Source: Antedon mediterranea
Lineage: Eukaryota > Animalia > Echinodermata
Reading direction: 5' to 3'
NCBI RefSeq assembly: GCF_964355755.1
Contig: NC_092679.1
Span: 10,213,432-10,277,431 of the forward strand
DNA: 64,000 bases
This document shows positions 60,832-64,000 of the stretch, piece by piece; within the stretch, counting starts at the first letter, position 1, and each line of letters opens with the position of its first letter. The notes beneath the pieces are model-generated. The model saw only the letters and a program-made list of their open reading frames with translations, made no database searches and was not told where the DNA came from. The position numbers were made by a program, and so were the translations under genes.

Positions 60832-63800
60832 AGACCCCTTCCCTGCAATTTTGGACGTTTTTTGGAAAATAATACATATCACTTTAAAAACATTAAACCA
60901 TGTCATTCCTTGTCTTAAATCTACGTTTTATGGTAAATTATGATAAAAAGTGAGAAACAATGCACTACCTAATAGTCCAGTCAAAAATCACCCTCACCAT
61001 GGTATAAGAACGTACCCTAATCAAATTTCATCCGTAGGTTCTATGTATATAGGTAATAACATTTCTTGATGTTGCGTCTTGCAAAACTTGGGATTTTACG
61101 AGAAAATTAGACTTTTATACCCAATTTATAACTACCTCATGTCGTATTATTGTGTACAGCGAATGCGACGAAGCGTGACTGAAATTACGAGACGCCGTTT
61201 GCGCCCGTTGAAAAATGCATTAACAAAGCTAAAAACCTACAAAATTAATAGTTTATACAATAATTTAAATATAGTTTACAATAAATTGTATAATAAAATA
61301 CATAACATATCAAGAAAACTCAAGTATAATCTCAAATATTTACAGATATGTGTTTAAAAATGTACAAATCAAAATGGCCTTCCATAAAATAAAGTGCGCC
61401 CTCACTCGTCATACTTTTATCGGACTTGTATGGATGGTTATACAAGGCATTAATATTACGAAACCCGATGCGGTTTGTTCGTTATTGCCTCTGCAAGAGG
61501 CAGAATATTATATTTTCACAAATATATTTCTAGTTTTTATCATAGAAAAAAAGAATTGTATATATTTAAACATACAACCTCCAGTCTACCATCATGATGG
61601 ATTAAGTGAAGCGCCGTATTGTATATGCTATAGCGTCATGATCTTCTAGTTATCTGGTTATATTCTGGACATTCTTTTTTTCACAGCATTACTTGCGTGG
61701 ATATCACAATGCATTTGTTTATTCGCGATTATAGTCAATATTAATTTGAGTAAGAATCATTTTTAAATGACAGTCCATTTCGCATATACGATATAATAAA
61801 GATTTACATTAATAAAGTACTCTGAAATATTTTCTCATTGGTTATCCGCAACAAAGAATCCTTGTGATTGTTAGTTTTGTTTAATTTTCTTTGAATTGTT
61901 TATTGGCATCCATATCGTATGATGTGTGAGACAATTTCGTGTTTTAGAAAATGTAATCCTGCCACCGAAGATTCTTTCTGTTCGAAGACTTCTGACGGAT
62001 AACTGTGTTATTCTTTTACAATTAATTAATTAATGTTCATCTTCACTTTTGGGAAAAATAGCCTACATCTTTTAGGTTTAAAACGTCATTTATAAGTATT
62101 TGAATAAGCCAACAAATTAAACTACTGTGTTCTCCCAAGCTTTTTAAATTTTCTAAATGCATTAAAATGCGTCGGACTCGGCGGATAACAATATTTGAAA
62201 TAAATGCATATAAAACTTTTTTTCTGGACTTTACTTTTTTGTCCCAAGTGAGAACTTTCAGGCCGTGGAGGTGAACCGATCGTTTATGACATACTTTTGT
62301 GTATAAAATGTCCAATAATAATTGTAGGACTACTCTCAACCAAAACACTTTATATTAGAATGTATTTAATATACGTCACGTCTTAAAAAATTGGGAGAAT
62401 TGGGTAATACAGTATGTCGTTTTTCGCGAATCTTACATCACACTCCAACATTCTCACTTTCTTTTATTTAGTGAAATGTGAACGGTGGAAAAACGGGAAA
62501 ATACTTTAAATTTAGAATGCTTTGAATTCTGGAAGACGACTTCGAACTTAAAGAATCGTCATGAATGACGTTTATTGGCTCAAACTTCACACATCGGTAC
62601 GATGTGAAGGCCAGACGGATTCAGAGAGGATCAAACCGGCTCCTCCTCCCCATTGGCAGTGGGGGCATCGGCGGGTGAAAAGGAAAAATGATAAATGTTG
62701 ATTCAGACGAATGCCAACCAGCCCCTTTGATACGCTCTTAATAATTGTTGGAAAGTGAAAGTAGGGCTACTTGAGGTAGGGGGCCTAGTATCTTTCGTAT
62801 AGGCCTACACGAAATGGATTATCCTTAAATGATTGGTTCTTACTCTAATTAAGATCATAATCGCGAATGATAGTTCAAAATATGCAATGCATTGTGATAT
62901 CCACGCAAGTAATGCTGTGAAAAAAAAAGAATGTCTAAAAATAAAACCAGCAAAACTAGTAGTAGTAGATCATTACGCTTCAGCAGATATACAAATATAC
63001 ACTTAATCCATCATGATGGTATACTGGAGGTTGTAATGTGTTTAAATATATACAATTCTTTTTTTCCATGATAAAAATTAGAAATATATTTGTGAAAATA
63101 TAATATTCTGCCTCTTGCAGAGGCAATAACTAACAAACCGCATCGTGTTTCATAATTAATGCCTTTTTTAACCATCCATACAAGTCCGATAAAAGTATGA
63201 CGAGTGAGGGCGCACTTTATTTTATGGAAGGCCATTTTGATTTGTACATTTTTAAACACATATCTGTAAATATTTGAGATTATACTTGGGTTTTCTTTAT
63301 ATGTTATGTATTTTATTATACAATTTATTGTAAACGATATTTAAATTATTGTATAAACTATTAATTTTGTAGGTTTTTAGCTTTGTTAATGCATTTTTCA
63401 ACGGGCGCTAACGGCGTCTCGTAATTTTAGTCACGCTTCGTCGAATTCGCTGTACACAATAATACGACATGAGGCGGTTATAAATTGGGTATAAAAGTCT
63501 AATTTTCTCGTAAAATCCCAAGTTTTGCAAGACGCAACATCAAGAAATGTTATTACCTATATACATAGAACCTACGGATGAAATTTGATTAGGGTACGTT
63601 CTTATACCATGGTGAGGGTGATTTTTGACTGGACTATAAGTAGCTCGCGGCGATCGACCTCTCGTGGACGGTCTTAGTTTTGTAGGCCTAGCTGGTAAAC
63701 ATCGATAACGTACGAACATCGTACGCTAGCTATATACCTAGCCTGACGTTGTATAGTTGCTGCATTAATTGTCTTTCTATTTTTGCCAGACTCCGTTGAT

Positions 63801-64000
63801 ACAAATTGGGGAAAACCCGGTATTTTCGCTGAAAAGTTAGGAGTCTTCCATTTGTTTTGGCTTCACGATCGATCGAAAAGTGGGCGAATTACAGGTGAAA
63901 AACAAAAATATCAATCCGCGCGCAATGCATTTTGGGATTTATAGCGGGCCTCTATAATTATTAGAATCGATTTATTTTTCACATTTTTAACCGTTTAAAG
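60832..64000. mobile_element. Possible Kolobok-like non-autonomous element hosting the long-TIR insertion
   Basis: Starts TTAA|AGACCCC and is continuous across the TAA TSD at 60970/63637. The other end is not visible. Confidence 0.3.
60973..63636. mobile_element. Non-autonomous long-TIR (~745 bp) DNA transposon with TAG...CTA ends (Academ-like termini; superfamily uncertain)
   Basis: TAGTCCAGTCAAAAATCACC ... GGTGATTTTTGACTGGACTA. 3-bp TSD TAA at 60970-60972 and 63637-63639. Arms 60973-~61716 and ~62887-63636. Confidence 0.85.

Noticed and set aside
61079-63259. Mirror ORFs 61350-61649(+) and 63011-63259(-), plus 61079-61357, as genes
   Set aside because: They are chance frames in non-coding TIRs; they diverge by frameshift and have no recognisable motifs.

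Overview
This is AT-rich animal genomic DNA, probably from an invertebrate deuterostome (inferred from a Deu-like SINE, a Gmr1-type Gypsy and several Academ elements). It is made almost entirely of nested transposons and tandem repeats, and I found no host gene. From left to right: a minus-strand EnSpm/CMC remnant (transposase plus a spliced SAM-domain/SAMD3-like gene) that hosts a tRNA-SINE, an AcademH-type MITE and a 3.9-kb fold-back AcademX derivative; fragments of CR1, Tx1, Gypsy and another LINE; about 10 kb of a 35-bp satellite split by a solo LTR; a decayed Tx1 LINE containing a near-intact full-length CR1-group LINE; a BEL/Pao LTR element with a SINE insertion and a tandem 5' LTR; an RTE-type remnant; an internally deleted AcademX with a second copy of the 10-bp-TSD MITE; Helentron-like and MULE-like small elements; a Gmr1-type Gypsy (PR-INT-RT-RH order, SCAN-like gag); and a second TAG...CTA long-TIR element. 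The most notable items are the Academ palindrome that duplicates its own transposase 3' end (Mu-killer-like architecture), TA-CTG-TA and TA-GGCC-TA footprint-like insertions, and a templated knockout of the CR1 endonuclease GDxN motif. All family calls come from motif recognition by eye, with no database searches.
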